Source: Thermodesulfovibrionales bacterium (GTDB lineage Bacteria > Nitrospirota > Thermodesulfovibrionia > Thermodesulfovibrionales > SM23-35). From it: a stretch of 64,000 bases of DNA. Positions within the stretch are counted from its first letter, which is position 1; each line of letters opens with the position of its first letter. This document shows positions 60,813 through 64,000 of the stretch, in pieces. Location: positions 192,001 through 256,000 of the forward strand of contig CAVQRT010000007.1 in the NCBI GenBank assembly GCA_963715195.1, in the 5' to 3' direction. A program made the position numbers and the translations under genes. The notes under the pieces were generated by a model. The model saw nothing but the letters and a program-made list of their open reading frames with translations, did no database searches and was not told the DNA's origin.

Positions 60813-62403
60813 TTTTTCTCTTCATTTTCATCAGTCGCCTGGTCACAAATACACACGGCCTTCGTGAGATGACGACGTTGACTCCTTCGGCATCGAGCTT
60901 TTCTTTGAGCACAGTTTCTGTTTTCTTGACATCATAGGGATCAGTTACTTCAACTGAAGTGACACCACAGGCCTTGCAGATCTCCTCGAGGGATATCTTT
61001 CCTCCCTCTTTCCCCTTCGCAGTAAGACCGGTCAGCGGAGTCGGCTGGTTCCCGGTCATCGCGACTGCTGAGTTATCAAGAATAAGCACCATGATATTCG
61101 CACGGTTATAAACAGCGTTGATGAGCGCAGGTATGCCCGAATGAATAAACGTAGAATCTCCGATTACTGCTGCCACTCTTCTTACCCCTTGTTTCGCGAT
61201 TCCCGCAGCCTGACTGATGCCTGCTCCCATACAGAGGCAGGTATCCACGATTTGGTAAGGTGGATTCGCTCCAAGAGTATAGCAGCCGATATCGCCGGCA
61301 GTGAACGAAGGCTGGGCTGCTTTGAGCGCTTCATAGAATTTACTATGCGGACAACCCGGGCACAAAACAGGTGGTCTTGGCGGTAAGGGTTTAGCAAACA
61401 TATCCCTGCGCTGACCGACACTCCAGCCCTGTACATATTCAGACATCACATCGGGGCCGAGTTCTCCGGTGATGCCAATTTCCCCCGAGATCTTTCCTTT
61501 CACTTTCGTGGAATATTTTCTTACAACCTCTTCCACAAGTGGTTCCCCTTCTTCCAAAACCCAGACTTCCTCCAATCCCCTCACAAACTCCCCGATCAAC
61601 GTTTCATTAACCGGATAATATGAAATCTTCAAAAGAGCAAATTCAGAACCATACTCTTTCGCATACGTATAACCGATGCCGCACGCGATGATCCCTTTTT
61701 TCTGTCCGCTCTTAACAGCGGTGTTCATTCCAGTGGCCGCCCCCCATTTTCTCAATCGTTTCTGCTTGTCCTGCAAATTCCTGTGACATCTCAAAACGTT
61801 GCTTGGAACGGCAATCATATTCCCTGGATCTTTCTGCAACGAAAGCGGGTTCTCTTCCCGAACAGCTCCCAACGTAACCGGAGAATAGGCATGACAAATT
61901 CTTGTCACTGTTCTCAGCATAACCGGAAGGCCTGTCTGCTCGGACAGTTCGAAAGCCATGATCGTCATATCCTTGGCTTCCTGCGAGTCGCTCGGCTCAA
62001 GGCACGGTATCTTTGCAAATTTCGCATAGAAACGGGAATCCTGTTCATTCTGTGAAGAATACGCACCCGGATCATCAGATACAGCAAGGACTAACCCCCC
62101 CTTAATGCCGAGGTATGCCGCGGTCATCAAGGGATCTGAAGCAACGTTGAGTCCAACATGTTTCATAGAGCACATCGCTCTTTTTCCCGCATAGGATGCA
62201 CCGATCGCAGTTTCAAGAGCCACTTTTTCATTCACCGCCCATTCCACATCGCCGGAGAAATTATGCGCGATATACTCGAGAATTTGGGTAGCAGGTGTTC
62301 CCGGATAACTGGTTGCCAGAGATATCCCCGCCTCTATTGCCCCCCTTCCGATTGCATCGTCACCTAACATGATGATTTCCTGACCTGCCTGATTTTGTTT
62401 CAC
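60775..62403 (-). CDS. iorA: Indolepyruvate:ferredoxin oxidoreductase alpha subunit lacking the C-terminal ferredoxin domain
   Basis: [58 protein letters not shown] start 62403 with AAGGAG SD. Confidence 0.9.
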   Translation of the reverse strand: MKQNQAGQEIIMLGDDAIGRGAIEAGISLATSYPGTPATQILEYIAHNFSGDVEWAVNEKVALETAIGASYAGKRAMCSMKHVGLNVASDPLMTAAYLGIKGGLVLAVSDDPGAYSSQNEQDSRFYAKFAKIPCLEPSDSQEAKDMTIMAFELSEQTGLPVMLRTVTRICHAYSPVTLGAVREENPLSLQKDPGNMIAVPSNVLRCHRNLQDKQKRLRKWGAATGMNTAVKSGQKKGIIACGIGYTYAKEYGSEFALLKISYYPVNETLIGEFVRGLEEVWVLEEGEPLVEEVVRKYSTKVKGKISGEIGITGELGPDVMSEYVQGWSVGQRRDMFAKPLPPRPPVLCPGCPHSKFYEALKAAQPSFTAGDIGCYTLGANPPYQIVDTCLCMGAGISQAAGIAKQGVRRVAAVIGDSTFIHSGIPALINAVYNRANIMVLILDNSAVAMTGNQPTPLTGLTAKGKEGGKISLEEICKACGVTSVEVTDPYDVKKTETVLKEKLDAEGVNVVISRRPCVFVTRRLMKMKRKTIGYIPAEEKAQ

Positions 62404-62538
62404 CTGAAGATACTCCTTTAGTCCATTTTTAATAAAACATATTGAGCAATTATAACACGGTTGTCTTTCACTGAAAAGGTCATTTATTCTCTGTTTCCCT
62501 ACCAATTGATCGGATGATCTGTGTAGAATAATAATGAA

Positions 62539-63339
62539 ATGAAGGGAATCGTCGACTTCCACACTCATGCCTTCCCTGATGAATTAGCCGAAAGGGTAGT
62601 AAAGATGCTCGAGGAAGAAGGAGGGGTTAGGGCTCATCTGGATGGAACAATATCCTCCCTTCTCTTATCAATGGACAACTGCGGGATTGAAAAGAGTGTT
62701 ATTTGCAATATTGCCACAAGCCCCGCACAGTTTCACTCGATTCTGAAATGGTGCAAAAAGATCAGATCCGAAAGAATTATCCCTTTTCCTTCTTTTCATC
62801 CGTATGACCCTGAGTTCAGAGAAAGGATCGACGCAATAAAACAGGAGGGCTTTTTAGGGATAAAATTTCATCCCTACTATCAGAATTTTACGATTGATGA
62901 GGAAAAGCTTCTTCCGGTTTATGAAAAAATATCTGCGGAAAATCTTATTCTTGTTATGCATACGGGCTTTGATTTTGCTTTCCCGCTCATAAGAATAGCC
63001 GACCCTGAAAAGATACTGCATATTGTTGGGAAATTTCCTTCACTGAAGCTGGTCACAACCCATCTCGGGGCCTGGAAGCAATGGGAAGAAGTCGAGGACT
63101 GTTTGCTCGGCAAACCCATTTACATGGAGATTTCGTTCTCCCTCGATTTCCTCAAAGATGACAGCGCTGTCAGAAAGATTTTTACAAACCACCCTCCCGA
63201 ATATATCCTTTTCGGCACCGATTCACCCTGGACCAAACAGCAGGAAACCCTTTCTCTCTTGAGGGAACTCAGACTCGGAAAAGAAAAAGAGAAGCTTATC
63301 TTACGGGAGAATGCCCTTAACCTTCTCAGTTCCGTCTGA
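62539..63339 (+). CDS. Amidohydrolase_2 family metallohydrolase
   Basis: DFHTH, GIKFHP, MHTG, HLG.W, LFGTDSPW, ENA. Confidence 0.9.
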   Translation: MKGIVDFHTHAFPDELAERVVKMLEEEGGVRAHLDGTISSLLLSMDNCGIEKSVICNIATSPAQFHSILKWCKKIRSERIIPFPSFHPYDPEFRERIDAIKQEGFLGIKFHPYYQNFTIDEEKLLPVYEKISAENLILVMHTGFDFAFPLIRIADPEKILHIVGKFPSLKLVTTHLGAWKQWEEVEDCLLGKPIYMEISFSLDFLKDDSAVRKIFTNHPPEYILFGTDSPWTKQQETLSLLRELRLGKEKEKLILRENALNLLSSV

Positions 63340-63389
63340 GGTAAGGAACTCCTCGAAGATCAGCTTTGGGGCCCATATGTCCCTTATTG

Positions 63390-63478
63390 TGTCATTCCCG
63401 CTTGTCGGGAATCCTTCTGAAAATGCTTTTAAGAGAACAATACACTTGTACAATGATTCCGGCCAAGCCGGAATGACA
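63390..63478. repeat. GTCATT...AATGAC double-palindrome (REP/dRS3-like) element
   Basis: TGTCATTCCCG-CTTGT-CGGGAATC ... GATTCCGGC-CAA-GCCGGAATGACA. Confidence 0.8.
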
Positions 63479-63497
63479 TCTTTTCACCTCAATAACT

Positions 63498-64000
63498 CTA
63501 AAACAACCTCCTCTGTCCTTTGATTCCTTTCTGCTCCGGTTCCTCAAAGACTGTAATCTTTCCATACTCGCCATCAAAACCAGGCGCAACGTGAACATTC
63601 CCCGCACGCATTCTGCTGATTGCTTCCTTCAGCAGAGGTGAACCCGCGCGCCCGATTTCTTCGAGGGGCAGGTCCATAAGAATTTTCAATTCACTCCCAA
63701 GCTTTTCAATAAGCTGAAAATATTCTCTGCTGACTGCCTTGCTGTTTACACCTACCCTCTTGATTTCAGCAATAATTTCCTGCAGCGGGATTATTGAATA
63801 GAAAGGTGGCGCATCTAAAAGGTGAAAGCCTTCTTTCCGGTCCGCCAGCCTTTCAACTCTATGCATGACACCGATGGTTACCCTCTTACCGCACACAGGA
63901 CAAAGATAATTATGACTGATAGTCTCTTCAGGAGAGAGGCTCACACCACACGATCTGTGTCCATCATAATGATATTTCCCCTCTTCGGGAAAAAACTCAA
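63498..64000 (-). CDS. Endonuclease Q family (PHP plus Zn finger), C-terminal part; 5' end off window
   Basis: EFFPEEGKYHYDGHR.C, CPVCGK..TIGV.HRV..LAD, PGFDGEYG. Confidence 0.88.
   Translation of the reverse strand, partial: EFFPEEGKYHYDGHRSCGVSLSPEETISHNYLCPVCGKRVTIGVMHRVERLADRKEGFHLLDAPPFYSIIPLQEIIAEIKRVGVNSKAVSREYFQLIEKLGSELKILMDLPLEEIGRAGSPLLKEAISRMRAGNVHVAPGFDGEYGKITVFEEPEQKGIKGQRRLF

Overview
A gene-dense 64 kb stretch of bacterial chromosome. Gene content and style suggest an anaerobic Nitrospirota (Thermodesulfovibrionia-like) or Desulfobacterota-like organism; this is inference, not a database result. Most of the window is housekeeping: hslVU/xerC, fabD with an electron-bifurcating-type EtfAB, exeAB, rpe-tkt-pgl, acyl-CoA dehydrogenase, hpt-queD, addBA, tatBC, trxA-ffh, glgP, murA, an MgtE-domain/NRAMP pair, mtnA, a polyprenyl synthase, moaC, tRNA-Leu(CAG) and EndoQ. 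The most notable region is a ~17 kb aryl-acid cluster (46.2-63.3 kb). It holds three PaaK-like CoA ligases, three double-ACT proteins, a separated and convergent IorB/IorA pair (IorA lacks its ferredoxin domain), a Liv-type ABC importer, a frameshifted porin, a DAHP synthase, an MFS transporter and an amidohydrolase. Other points of interest are two candidate c-di-GMP modules, a sigma54-driven small protein, several candidate structured intergenic RNAs, short palindromic repeats and signs of leaderless transcription. I saw no CRISPR array, rRNA, transposase, reverse transcriptase or prophage.
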